From Owenia fusiformis (taxonomy: Eukaryota): DNA of 64,000 nucleotides. The stretch spans positions 5,890,001 through 5,954,000 of the forward strand of contig CAIIXF020000001.1 of assembly GCA_903813345.2 (NCBI GenBank), given 5' to 3'. The position numbers were made by a program, and so were the translations under genes. The notes under the pieces were generated by a model, which had not been told where the DNA came from, did not search any database, and saw only the letters and a list, made by a program, of their open reading frames with translations. Shown here one piece after another: positions 35,185-48,786 of this stretch; the first letter of the stretch is position 1; each line of letters starts with the position of its first letter.

Positions 35185-36111
35185 CACGCCTAACCATCAA
35201 CAACGTACAGTGACAAATTACGCCGTCGTACACTTTAGATGTACGGTGTCACTGTTAACCGAACTGAGGCAAAGACAATGATGTAGGTTTTAAAGAAATT
35301 ATCTGAGGAATACATTAAGGATTTCATGTTTGATTTCGTGTGTATTCGCTTAGGAAGACATTTAACTTTCTAATAACATTAAAAGATTTTATTATCATGA
35401 GATAATATTAAACAATGTAATAATTTCATTTCAAAATGTATTAAGGTTTTTATATGAGTAACAAGTAATCTTTAACGAACATGTTCAAGTATCCTTTGTA
35501 CAGATAATTTTAAATATAAGGTAAATGTGATTTTTACCTCTTTTTTGAGTGCTTTTTCATTTGTCTGTATTGTTGTGGTGGTGGTAGTTCATTTGTGGCC
35601 ATTAGGTGTTAGCTTCCAGCCTCTTTGAATACTTGGGGTCTGTACTTTACGTTTTGTTACATTGATAGATAGATCTATACTAGCTTATCGAATATGACTT
35701 TTTAAAATCCTGTTTATGATGTATCTGGAAAGTGCTCAACAGTTTTAAAAATTGTGTAGTTTAAAGAAACATATTCTCATAAAAATATTCGACACTCTTA
35801 GACGACAGGGGAGGAAATGATCAAAGGAAATGTGTAATAAAACAACATTGTCTGACCGATCAATTATCTGGGTAGATTGACCACGAAAAAAATCGACCAC
35901 TGTTCGAAAATCTTTTAACGTTATTAGAAAGTTAAATGTCTTCCTAAACGAATACAAACGAAATCAAACATGAAATCCTTAATGTATTCCTCAGATATTC
36001 TTTTAAAACCTACATCATTGTCTTTGATTCAAATCGGTTAATAGTGACACCGTACATCTAAAGTGTGCGACGGTGTATTTTGTCATTGTACGTTGTCGAT
36101 GGTTAGGCGTG
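35185..36111. mobile_element. CACGCC-ended element with ~205-bp TIRs and an ATCTAT flanking direct repeat
   Basis: Arms 35185-35390 and ~35907-36111 are reverse-complementary with high identity. atctat at 35179-35184 and 36112-36117. Confidence 0.88.
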
Positions 36112-38732
36112 ATCTATTCGTCTAATTTAACAAGGAGACTGGTTATACGCAGATATGAAAATCTTAATAAATAGTATACACAGTACTAAAAGGTGATATG
36201 AACAGTTGTAATATTGCCATTTTAATCTACAAATCTCAGTCAATTCAATTATTACTTATAGCTTGTCATATAAGCATTCGATATGAAGACCAGACTAACG
36301 GAATTTAATGCCATTTACTATGTTTAATGAAAATGAATGTGTATCACTTGTACATCTCTTCATTCTTCGTTAGCAATTGAAAACACCTGCGCACATGGCA
36401 CTGTCAGCCGCTGACATACTGTGATTAGCTTATGTAGTATTTATTTTTCAGGCTTTTTTTAATCCAATCGATTCTTTGACAATGCGGCATGGAGCCACAA
36501 TAGAGAAATGCATTCTCTCCAAAGTACAAAACGATAAGGTGAAGAGCTAATGTGAATCCTACAACAGAGAAATCAAAATAGATTTTTGATTTATTAAACG
36601 ATGCAATGCGATAAAGATGAATAGAGATGGAGTGTTTCGTACAGCAATAACAATTGTAATTTTGTAATGAACTCTTTGAAAGACAAGTCGTTTTGAGCAG
36701 AGATATATTGCGTATCGGAAGAGGAGGAAAATACCCAAGAATACGTAGATGACCTCATGTGCGTAGCGCCTGTTACGCCAAAGACGCACTACCAAATGAA
36801 TGTGAAAACGAAATAAATATGTGATTTATTTTAAAATTGTTTTGTGTGCTTATTTAAAACACATTATTTGTTCATTTCATTGTTGATGATTCAGTCATAA
36901 ACTATTTTGCCTGTAAAATCGGGTTTCTTTATATGTCCGACCGGGCCTGCTCAAAAAATTCGCTTTTTATTTAATTTCAAAAGATGATAAACTTCTCAGT
37001 ATCAGAAATTATCCTCATAATGACAGTATTGAAAGGTAAATATGTGTGACATTCCGTATTCCGTATCATATTCTCTCAAAACATCCTTGATATGGAGGTA
37101 TGGAGCCAGTGACATTATCATCAACATATAAATCTATGATCTTATCTCGAACTCTCAGGTTCATTTATGAATCCTGGAGGATTCCCTTTCTTAGAGATAG
37201 GTTACCTTTGGTTTCAAAGACATTGTGTGTTTGTAACAGGATGGCCTGACTTGGTAACAGATTTTCGTAAGAAATATTGTTTTCACCATTTAAACCAATT
37301 TCTTGAACGACTTTCTCCATAATCGTGAATGGCGCATTTAAGAAACGGTACACAGTTAGCATTCGACTTATGCTATTGTTAGAATGAATAGCGCTCCATA
37401 TTCATTAGTAGCCTTATAAGGGGTTGTTGGTTTTGATTTGTGTTTTGGTTATGACATCGTGTCATCTTGTCAACCAACCACACTGGGTAGAACCAAAAAA
37501 AGATGGACTCGGTCTCTATACAATAAATTAATGCACCGACAGAAAGACATTTTTGTTTTGCTCTTAATGGAACAAGCTAGGTTTGACGAAAAATGGTGCA
37601 GTGTGAGACACGCAATCTTTGATTTGTTTGGAGGGGCACGGTGGTTTCGTTACGCCCCGAGTAGTTAGACCCGCGTGGGGATAGAACGTAGTGATCGACT
37701 GTAGTAACCGTCATGATGTCGAAGGCATTTGGACGAGAAATTGAATAAAGTCTGAGGTGAACATTTATCAAATATGATTAAACCTTCTGGTAAAATAGAG
37801 TTTTCGAAGCGCAATAGCTGTATTTCTAAGTGATTTCTGTGATGTCTGACTGTTATAGATACTTAATCCCAAGATTATCAATCACAAAAAGCACACTTTA
37901 ACTTATCTGAACAAAAATAGCATTTGTAGTCAGGACATTTTATTCTTTTTCAAGCGTTTACTTATATATGTATTTATAACTGCTGTTTTAACGTAATTAT
38001 ACTGATTGTTTTGTATGTTATATTTCAATGTATCAGGTTTATAATATACACCCCGACTGGCGGAACAAGGGGTGGGGGGCAGGGGCCACATATGTGGATT
38101 ATAAATGAATTCTTGAAAATAAGGTTCGTGCGGTATTTTGTTTTCTTTACATACAAGTATTTTAATATGCTACTTCTTGAAGGATAAACAAGAGTTGATT
38201 CCAATGCCAGCACGAGTGAGCATAGAGAACGAATATTGATATTGATTGGAACGAGGGGATAAATATGATATCATAAGAAATCAAATGAAATCGGATTGAT
38301 CATTCCCAAATGAATCAATTTGTCCAAATACTAAATGTGGATATCCACATTCTAAACTGAGACTATTTTTGCTCGTCAGATCTGAGACTGTACAGGTAGT
38401 AAAAGATAAGATATCAATTTGATGTCGCAACGCACAATTGAAATCGTGGAATAACCAACTGCACTGGGTGGAAGTGGAACCGTTGTAAATGATTGTAGCT
38501 GGTTCTATGGCTCCAAGTTAAACAAGTTTTATAGATTTAAATGGAAAATATAAGGTAAATGTATAATGCATCATTACGAAATTGTTGTTCAACGTGGTTT
38601 GAATATTAAACATTTAGCCACGATGCCACAAGAAAATGGAAAATGTGTTTTCAAGAAATAGAATAATTTAAAGTGGAACAAAAAATAAATAGACGTCTTC
38701 CCTTCTTACCAAAACTGGATAACTTCCCGAAA

Positions 38733-39443
38733 TCTCAATTCATGGGAACCCAAGACCGTTCCATCCAAGACAGTTTACAATAATATCCTCTGAAAGTTGA
38801 GATCAGTTCCAATCGTATTCCCCAAGATGTTGCAATTCTCAATTTATGGGAATCCAAGACCGTTCCATCCAAGACAGTTTACAATCATGTCCTCTGAAAG
38901 TTGAGATCAGTTCCAATCGTATTCCCCAAGATGTTGCAATTCTCAATTCATGGGAACCCAAGACCGTTCCAAACAGTTTACAATCATGTCCTCTGAAAGT
39001 TGAGATCAGTTCCAATCGTATTCCCCAAGATGTTGCAATTCTCAATTTATGGGAACCCAAGACCGTTCCATCCAAGACAGTTTACAATAATATCCTCTGA
39101 AAGTTGAGATCAGTTCCAATCGTATTCCCCAAGATGTTGCAATTCTCAATTCATGGGAGCCCAAGACCGTTCCAAGACAGTTTACAATAATATCCTCTGA
39201 AAGTTGAGATCAGTTCAAGTCGTATTCCCCAAGATGTTGCAATTCTCAATTCATGGGAACCCAAGACCGTTCCATCCAAGACAGTTTACAATCATATCCT
39301 CTGAAAGTTGAGATCAGTTCCAATCGTATTCCCCAAGATGTTGCAATTCGCAATTCATGGGAAACCAAGACCGTTCCAAACAGTTTACAATCATATCCTC
39401 TGAAAGTTGAAGTCAGTTCCAATCGTATTCCCCAAGAAGTTGC
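38733..39443 (+). repeat. Tandem array, 7 units of 99-104 bp
   Basis: Unit starts at 38733, 38837, 38941, 39040, 39144, 39244 and 39348. Confidence 0.95.
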
Positions 39444-40454
39444 TTTTTTAGGTGGAGTATGGTAATTAGTATGTTGATAATGAACACGTAGTTCAAGTTA
39501 CACGTAACAGTTAAATTGAATGTGCCAGCAAAATGTGTCGAATTGTACAAAATTACGTTGTGTTGGAACAAAAAAAAACTGATCATCATCGCTTAAACTC
39601 AGAGCCCGAGGACCGGCTACACCCTTTTACAATAGACTACCACCCATTGAACTTGTCACTGGTATCTTACACACCCATGCGTGGAGTGAGAGATAACATT
39701 ACGCTGATACCAATTTTATCAATGCTGGTTATAATGTTAATATTGCAAAATGGTCATTGGATAAATCAATTTCAAATGAATTTCTCGGTAGTACATTCAG
39801 AAAGTGAATCTGTCTGGAAGTTTTCATATTCAATTAAAATTTCGTCTATCACAGACAATTTTTTAGATAAAACGTACCACAAAATAGTTCATCCATGTAA
39901 ATCTATTTCTCCATGTAAATGTTGGCGACTACTGGGGAGAGTTACTTTGGAGAACTTCGAGATGAAAGCCCTTGCCATTCTCAGTAGTCAGGATGGCTGC
40001 CTACCGTTTCTTGACACATTTGTAGAAGTGAAGATGGCTGCAACTATGCGCAAAAGTATACAAGGAACCTACTCATACCAACCAGTACCTTGACTTCGAT
40101 CTTGAATTCTAATCACCAAGTTTTCACCAAACTTGGCATTCTGGGGACACTCTATTAAAGAACCAAAACCTAAATTAAAGAACCCAGTGACCTAGAGGCA
40201 GAGAACAAGGAAATAGACCAGTGATTATCCAACTGTGGCTACTCCAAATACGGTGTTTATCACCTTACTAAATCCCAATGACCCAAGTGACCAAACTAAG
40301 GCCACCACTCATAATGCCATAAATATGTGGATTATCTGACCTACACAGGAATTTTAGCAAGATTAGGTCCTGCTTCAAATGTAAAGAGCTCACCGTTGAA
40401 ACGCACAGGAGTGATTTACCAGATACCATGTAAGTGTTCAGCCATATACACAGA

Positions 40455-40750
40455 GACTATCCAGGCCCCGCTGACATCGAGAGCAATGAGCTCATGTTAG
40501 AAGAGGGGCCTTAGGAGATAACAATTGAAATATGATTTTCATGAAATTTTCTATGAAACTTTAGTCAGTGGAACTCCGTGCAACTTTATTTCATAGTACA
40601 ATGGCTATTTCAATTGCAGGGCAACGACGTTCTTCACAATTCAACAATAATTATATTTTATCATATCTCTCAAGGCCCCGCTTCTAACATGAGCTCATTG
40701 TTCGCGATGTCAGCGGGAACTTGCTAGCGATATACGGGGCCTGGATAGTC
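40455..40750. mobile_element. MITE inserted in the Penelope GIY-YIG region
   Basis: gactatccaggccccg / cggggcctggatagtc, plus inner arms gctgacatcg...gagctcatgttagaag / cttctaacatgagctc...cgatgtcagc. Exact ends are uncertain. Confidence 0.75.
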
Positions 40751-40844
40751 ACCGTGCGTGATCGAGTACAACACCACAGCGAGAATTCCACAAGCTATTC
40801 AGCTGTGACCGAACAAGGGTGGATCTGTGATCAATCTATAGACT

Positions 40845-40903
40845 CATCTACGTTCACTCGGCTCCCGTCGATGAACGCAGTGAAGACCGAGCGTGTGAAG
40901 ATG
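40845..40903. mobile_element. 59-bp micro-insertion with CATCT/AGATG ends and a 9-bp TSD
   Basis: ctatagact at 40836-40844 and 40904-40912. Removing the insert and one TSD copy restores DQSIDWDNVKVLD. Confidence 0.85.
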
Positions 40904-43129
40904 CTATAGACTGGGACAATGTTAAAGTTCTTGACAATGAGGACAGTTTCCTCATTAAGGAGATTAACTAAGAGAATATGATTGAAAGAAGATTCTACAA
41001 CAGGGGTGATCGCCAGATAAAGTAAATACATTTCCTGCAAGTATTCCATTATCTAGTAATAAGAATGGAGATAAATTACAGAGTGAGATAAAGCATCTCA
41101 TGCTGTAACTTTTCTTTCAATAATTCCTTCTCTAATAATCATCAAAGGTGTTTTTCACTTGTAGAGCACTCGAGTGTGTCATCGGGTTCTGTTCTGGAAT
41201 TGACCTGAAAGTTGTGCTAAGTCTATGGCTACATGTACCTATACTAGCGGCGTCTGATGCTCCAGACGTCATGTTTGTGCATATGGAATACGAGTTCCAG
41301 TATTACCCACCTTAATATAGCCACCTTAGGGTAGTATAGCATAGGCAACCTTAAAGTAATGAGTGAGTGTGTTCTACTCGAACTATCTGAGGTAGTTTGT
41401 TGTAGAATGACGAGTTCTTACCTGCACTGTTACTTGCAGCTTGAAATACAAAATATATCTACAGGTAAGGCAGATACCATCAGTTTCAATACTTATTATG
41501 TTGGAATATTATTCATGCATCTCCGGGTTCGGTTTTTGATAGAAAATATGGAATCTCTAATCTGACATAAACTGAACTTATCATTGTTCATAGTAAGGGT
41601 CATGAAATATTCAAAACATGAGTTTTCGGTTTTTACGTTCATACACAATGTAATTAAACAATACTAATTACAATAGATTACTCTAATCTATATGACATCC
41701 TCATTCCAATGAATATAACTAATCATTTGATTCTGCATTCAGAACGACATGCAGTGTAAACATCAGTAAATGAAGTTAGAGAGACTTTGTTACACTATTT
41801 CATTATGCACAATAATCCAAGTCTATGCTACCATGGCTTACAGTTGATTATTATGTACATAGAGTCTTTGTTGTCTTTTGATTGATATGACGCTATCCTG
41901 ACAATTATACAACGCTCTTTGTTCTCTTGTCATCTCTCCATACACCGGCAGTGAAATCTGTTAGAGGGTTATATATTTGATCAGGGGAATAGATATGTCT
42001 CCATAGCGAAATCATCCTTGCTGCAAGGGTATTTCACAATTTAAGCATAAATGAAGTCCTTTGAAGAAGGATGGAGCGAAATCTCAATGATCATTTGTTA
42101 AGTCATCTCACTATTCCCGGTGTGAAAGAAATTATGGTCCCCCAGTGATTATGGCCCCCCTTCTTAACGACCCTTAACGACCCTTACTGTCCCTGATTGT
42201 GTATAAGACAATAAGGGAAATAGGTCACCATATAAACCAATGGAGAGTAGGACCATAATTTGATAGGACCTCCTACCCTTTTACACCTGGTCACAATTAA
42301 TTTAATCTTTAAAAGCTAAGAAAATTAAAGATTGCTGTAAAAGGTTCCTTTTTCATGATGTGAGTACACTGTATGTTTACCATGTTGTTTGAATGGTAAA
42401 ACGGTCATGAATGGCACCACTTGGCTTTTTGGTCATCTTGTTTCTTTTCAAATTTGTAGTTATCACCATTTTGCGAAAAACATGTGTATTCGATCAAGAT
42501 AAACTCTAGCACAAGCCAAAGAGAATTAAATAAGTTTGTATGAGCTTAATATGGTTCTGAGGCTGTTGCGGGGTTGTTTGTTTTCCTCTTTACATAACAC
42601 AACATATTGAAGCAATGATATGGTCATCGAGCCATCAGCCCCAGGAACACTTAGTAACATTAGCAAAGGTGTCTTATAATAATTCTCAACGATCGATCAA
42701 ACCTAGTGATAAGGAACATATATTTTAAGCATCCCAGTCCTAATCCAACTTCCGACATTACATCCAGAGGCTGGCATTTAACTATGTCCTAGGAACATAC
42801 ATCACATTGTGTGTGTCTACCAATACTCCCATCAATTATGCCTAAGAAAGCACAATTTGATTTTCCTAAGTGTTTCTCCTCGAAAAACATTACTAATTTG
42901 CCCGATTGTGTCGGAAAACGATTTTGTAACGTTATCAATCTAACAACCAGAATTGCTGCCTGGTCATTTGAAGATTTGCTATCAAAACAACAGGTTTGGA
43001 GAAAAACTAATCATGGGCCACGAGTGCCTCTATAGTTCAGAAGGTGCACACATCAACGACCTCTGTCGAGATAGGTATCAATAATTACACATGTATCATT
43101 TCTTGATATCCTTTACCCCAATTACCCTC

Positions 43130-44250
43130 CAGGGCTTTGATATGATATTTATCAACCTTTCATTTAACATCGATTATTTTAGATGATGATAAAGTGGATC
43201 ACAACATACATTCTTAAGTCCCATTTATCACTCTCTCATTCTTTTTCACGTCAGAATCTAGATCCACTCAAGACTGGAATTACCAGAACAGGGATACATC
43301 GAGTCAGAGAAATTAGGTTCTTATAGAACAGTTTCTATAAATCAATGTGTGAGTAATTTCGCCAAATCAAAATGAAGGTATTGACTACCATTGGTGTCAT
43401 ATATATTTTTGTTTTTTCGAATCTTTTCCAATTAATATCACAGTTTAAGAGTAAACGGCACCTTTGATTTCGCCACACCAATGTTGTAAGAGAATATTTC
43501 AACAGAACACAAACTTTCTCACTCACAATAATACAATACATATATTCATGGTACATATTTCTTAGAAATCATTGAGTTTGCGTCCTGCTTTATACAATGG
43601 CCACACGAAAAGTTTTAAGAAACAAGAATCAATTCCACTCTACACTGTTATATGATCTATGTTTGAAACATTTAAGAGAACTAAATTGCTTCTTAAGGGG
43701 AAGATTCGAACTGACTAATGTGATCCATTATTAAAACCTTAGATGTTTTGCTAGTGTATGTGCTTCAATTATTCAGACGGCATACAATGCCAATGCTTAA
43801 TGTTATGACACATTCCTACATCATGCAATGGTTAATGCCGTAATCTATAAGTACCATAGAATCGGAATAAACAATGACAGTAAATACCAGCATACCTCCA
43901 TTCTCCATTTGATAAATAATAACCACATAGCATTGACGGTAAACGAAACGAATATGAAGAAGTCGATCAACATGACAAGGTCCTCTTACTACTAATACCC
44001 AAATTTTACGAAGTAGATCCGGTAAAACGTGAAACTTGAATGTTGAAATATCTGGAAATGAGACTAAAATACATTTACTGTTTCGTTTCGTTAGCAAATT
44101 AGCAGTAATGCAAAATGTGGCCGCGTAAAGGAGAATGATGACAATATATCCAGTCCCGCAACAGCGACAGTGATGGTACAGTTTAACAATTGGTTCACAA
44201 ACAATTGCAGGGTGTTCTAGTATATTAAATATAAATTGGTCCATAAATCA
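43130..44250 (-). pseudogene. Probable decayed intronless class-A GPCR
   Basis: Ordered fragments across frames: GYIVIILLYAATFCITANLL (TM1-like), LVMLIDFFIFV..W...C..ITALTIA*CR (TM2/TM3-like), KYSLTTLVWRNQR...KTKIYMTPMVVNTFILIW (TM5/TM6-like). Confidence 0.4.
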
Positions 44251-45669
44251 ATGTTCTCTTATTATAATTTCGTAATGAAACAATTCAATATCATTGACAA
44301 TGAGTGATAAACTTTGCACATTGATACATAAACATAGCAATGTTAAAGGAACAATAAGTGTTTACACGTATAGATTCAATAGACTAACTGCACATGACAT
44401 CAGAGGCAAATGGGCCAAGCACTGTGGACCAACCATCATGATAAACCATGACATCTCATTTCTCGGCCCTCGGCCTTTCAGGTGAAACAGAAGAATGCCA
44501 TGAGTATCAGAATGTGGATCAACTGGAAACGAAAACAGTTTGGTATTGAAGACAATCGTTTCAGCATGGTCGATTTCATCACTTATCCAATGCATTGATT
44601 TCAACTGGATATTTCACAAGTATGTAGTGCGTCGATTCCGGTTTCGAAATATTTTTACACGCAACAAATACATTCTTTGGCAAATTATAAATGAATTCCC
44701 TCGTTTACATCATGATAAATCATGACCTTCTTTTAGCTTCTTTCTAGTATGGAGCATATTTCTCGTTGAGGGCAGAAAGATGTGATGAGTATCAGAATGC
44801 CCTCGTTTAGGGAACGTCTTCGTTCAAGTGCCATGGTTACACACGTGTTTCACAAAACCCACGTTGTTGAACGTACTAGGCATAAAACGCATGAGCTAAA
44901 TCGACGCATGATTGAATTTTATATTTACAACATAAAGAACCCAAAGTACAAGAAACATCAATGTTATCTACTGTGAACATTGTTACAACTAAGTAAGAGA
45001 ACAGAAACATGATATGAATTGCCATGCAAAAGACAATCAGAAGATACACTAGATGAACATTGTCTTACAAGACTGAAAACCAAGCATATACACACCGTGA
45101 GTATCTTTGTTCAAGGCCATTGACTGCAGATTCAAGTAATGATGATCGCCTCAAATCCAAATCTACGTTTGAGAGTTACTATGCCAACGTGTACGAAACA
45201 CTGCAAATATCCTAATATCTGACCCAATCTCAAAAGTATTAAAACGATAAAATAACTGGAATATATAAGATATAAATATGTATTTGAAGTAGATAATGAA
45301 TTAATCAGTCCAATAAACATCTTGATTTGTTCTACTTTTGTTCCTTAAAGAGATTTGAAATGATTTCTTGTCATCTAAGTGTTGACTTTTGCTAGATTTT
45401 AGCTGCAAATCGAGTCTCATATAATACAAGTAATGATTAATCTCTTAATATAATTAGCAGAATAGAGTATTACCATATGTCGGGACTAATGTAGAACTAC
45501 ATACTTTCTACGACCCTATTGGTTCTGCAATCAGCTTATAACTTATAGCGAGTAAGTCAAGTACAATCGTACCTTGTCATTTCGCCTTATTAAATCCAAT
45601 GATTGTGGTATAATGATTCGATTCTATTTGCCTTTCAGTTCAGAATATGTTACCTTCTACTCATAGTTA

Positions 45670-46200
45670 TTGTACATTGAAGGTAAAAATAGATTATTCA
45701 TTGGATGATATGATTTAGCATTGGAGATGTTATCAAAGACGTTGATGTCAATGCAAAGGCAAAGGCAGGGACGCTAATTGTTAAAAAGATGTGAAATATC
45801 TAGCTATACATATTGCATGTACAAATTGTGTTAACGTTGATGAAACATATCTTGACCCATCTAGGGCATTACCACAGAAAGGCAATGAGGGCTGAGTCTG
45901 GATACACCGTACGGTACACACAAAAGTCAAAACTAAAGTAGCCATAATGTGCACAAGTTTATATAAATTATCGTCCATGGAACAATTCTCTATATCACGA
46001 TGACTGTCTTTCTTCTTATCTATCGCGAGGAAAATCTCAATATAGACCAAGGTCTAAATCCCATTTTTGGTAAAATAGGAAGATATACGTACATTATCTG
46101 AAGCAATAATTTGATTTTCTGCCATAATAATGTTCCAAGAACTCGTCCGGAAAACCGGAGCAATAAAATACCATAGTTTATCACGGTTCGATCCTAGCTA
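45670..46200 (-). pseudogene. Possible second decayed GPCR (TM5-TM7-like part)
   Basis: LLQIMYVYLPIL / VYIEIFLAIDKKK...YKLVHIMATLVLTFVC / SPMLNHII fragments in TM5-TM6-TM7 order, with frameshifts. Confidence 0.3.
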
Positions 46201-48786
46201 TTCTACTTTATTCAATTGTAATCTAATAATCAGATGTCTATGTTAAGTTATTGGCTAAGGGAACAACTAACTTGACCCTGTAAGACGTAAAGCATTCAAA
46301 TTCCATTCTATTTCTACCATGTTACCATTTCTACCTTTCATTTTATATTTCTAAGGTTTAACTTCCTCATGTGTCTCTCATTCATTGATTAGATGCAGCC
46401 TCTACCCCGCTTACAATGGCACTGCACAATAATCCCTGTGAAGAACCCCTCTAACGAAGAATAACAGAAACTGAAAATGGCCAGTTTCTCGAGAATGCTC
46501 TAAAAATCCATTGAAAGAATTTTTAGGATTTCGTCCAGGGATATATGAGAATGTGATTTTTAATCTGGTGTGATGTTCCTAAATACGTTGCTTCTTAACT
46601 AGATTCAACGATATAGTTTTTCTAATAAATTCTATATCAAATGTTGATTCTGTATAATTCAATATCTGCTTGATGTTTCAAAGCTAACAAACTGATCTAA
46701 CCTCAACTTCTGCCATACGTATGTATCCATATTTGCGTATCTCGTTAGGCATATCGGTAAACCTAAGAATTCTTAAACGTCAACAAAAAGAGCAGCCTAT
46801 GTCATTCTGGCCCAAAATTACCACAAAACGGTGTTTTTGTTTAAAATGAACTACGTATATAACTTGAACCATCGACAGACTAATTTGATTAGTGATATGT
46901 ATTTTTCTGTTATATCAAATTTTAAAACTACTACATAATCATTTTCAAGCTTTTATAATTACAAAGAGAGTTTGTTAGCATACACCAAGGTTGATAGTGC
47001 AAGTATAAACTGATCGTCATATACAATATATTGGTAATTTGTGGATCTCAATTACAGACGATGCGCCTTAAGAACGGGCTTTGGGCCTACTTGATTTGTA
47101 GAAATCAGCGTACATTTGTTGTCAAAAATCTAATATTCCTTGTCTGATAAGGTTCATGATTAAATCACAAAATGACCTTAAAAGAAAATGTTAATTGATA
47201 ATGTCATTTGTTACGTACAATGTGTTATTAACGATATACCCTTGATTCAGAAAGCAACTCACTTTCAAGCTAAAGTTATTAGATTTAGTTCCGGTGAGTA
47301 GTTACAATTCACTTATCATAATTATCTCATGACATCATATATGTAACAGTGAATACTGCACATCCTCTCAGACTTCCTTCATTTCATTTGCTCAATTATG
47401 AAATTGAATCCGGTTTGCCTTATAGAGACTCTGTCTATATGTATCATGATTTCAACTGCCATTTGTTATAAAACTTTTTGAGACATCAACGTAGGTTGAT
47501 CACGTTGATTAAACATGAATCATGCATAGACAAGATAAGAGCAAAATATGATACTTGACGTTGAAACTAAAGATCATTACTTACCTGCAATGTGGAATCA
47601 ACAACTTTTATTTTATTTTCTTCTCGTTTATAGTTCATTTTTATGTCCTTACGAACTTGTATATATAATGTATATCGATGTTTGTCTTCTGAAATACAGT
47701 TTATTCCACAAAGGTATAAATTAGCCCCGAGTCAATATAAGACCCTGTATCCCCCGTTGGAGATTAGCACTCTGTCTCCTTTGTATAGAAAAGTTGCCGG
47801 TAGAGGCGAATAGTCTCTGCGGGTCGATGGGATCTACACAATCGATATCCCATCGGATTACACGATTCTCCCCTTGGCAAGCGTGAAAGGTAACGTCTAT
47901 TATCTACGTGTATCACGAAACACTACTTCATAACTCTGCAGTGCTTACGTCAGAAAATATTACTATGACTTAGTATTAGTTTTCCAATTATTTCACTTTA
48001 ATTAGTGCCATCATTATCACATGAAATGACTTGGAAGCTTCATATAGAATGTGCATGGCAAATTGAGTGCTTTTCTATTGACTCTTATTCCAGGTAAGCC
48101 GCTTACCTTAAAAATAATAACAGGTTGAAAATAAGCAAAAGTATTACTAAATTAGATGACAATCTAAAGTATGGGTACAGAATCAAGATTCTAATATCCT
48201 TATGAAGCCATTATAGCTATTGCCGTTTTTACTGTCATATGGTTATGAAATGAACGAATCGCAATCTAGACCACACCTTTAAGATAGAAAAAATGTTGCT
48301 GTGCACTAACTACCCAGGCCGGTAGGGCTTCCTGTAGTCTCACGAACGTAGGTAAGTTAATACATTATCAAGAAATGATCAATAAATCTGAAAGCATTTC
48401 ATAGAAATACGAGGTATTGACTTGATCATATGTCAAAATTACGCAAATTAAAGTGCACCATTGAACAGGACTATTCTGGGACCAACCCCTTCAAACAGTA
48501 GGAAAATATCAGGTTTTACAATTTCAAAAAAGTATGCTTGAGCACACACTACGTATTATCTAGCATTATATTTATATTTGTCCCTACAATGATCGTGAAA
48601 AACGAGTTAGAATAAATATATATTTTTAAAAACGAGTTGGGATAATAATATATTTTTACAAGTATATGTGAATATACTCGTAAAATAAAATAATAATGCA
48701 GACTGTGTGAATGTGCAAATATTTGTGTTGATGGTTTCGAATAAAGAGTTTTATAATTACATTAAAAGGCCTTGGTGTTAGATTAA

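Larger units (their letters stand above)
39890..41020 (+). mobile_element. Decayed Penelope-like retroelement (RT C-terminus + GIY-YIG endonuclease)
   Basis: Fragments LENFEMKAL, LPFLDT, KVYKEPTHTNQYLDFD, LSNCGY, GVIYQIPCKCSAIYTET and SAVTEQGW...DQSIDWDNVKVLD occur in the Penelope order. Confidence 0.85.

Noticed and set aside
38733..39443. CRISPR-like regular repeats
   Set aside because: Whole units repeat with no unique spacers, there are no cas genes, and the context is eukaryotic. It is a tandem minisatellite.
39533..40093. 186-aa ORF as an intact gene
   Set aside because: Only its 3' part has Penelope RT motifs, which then shift frame. The 5' part looks random.
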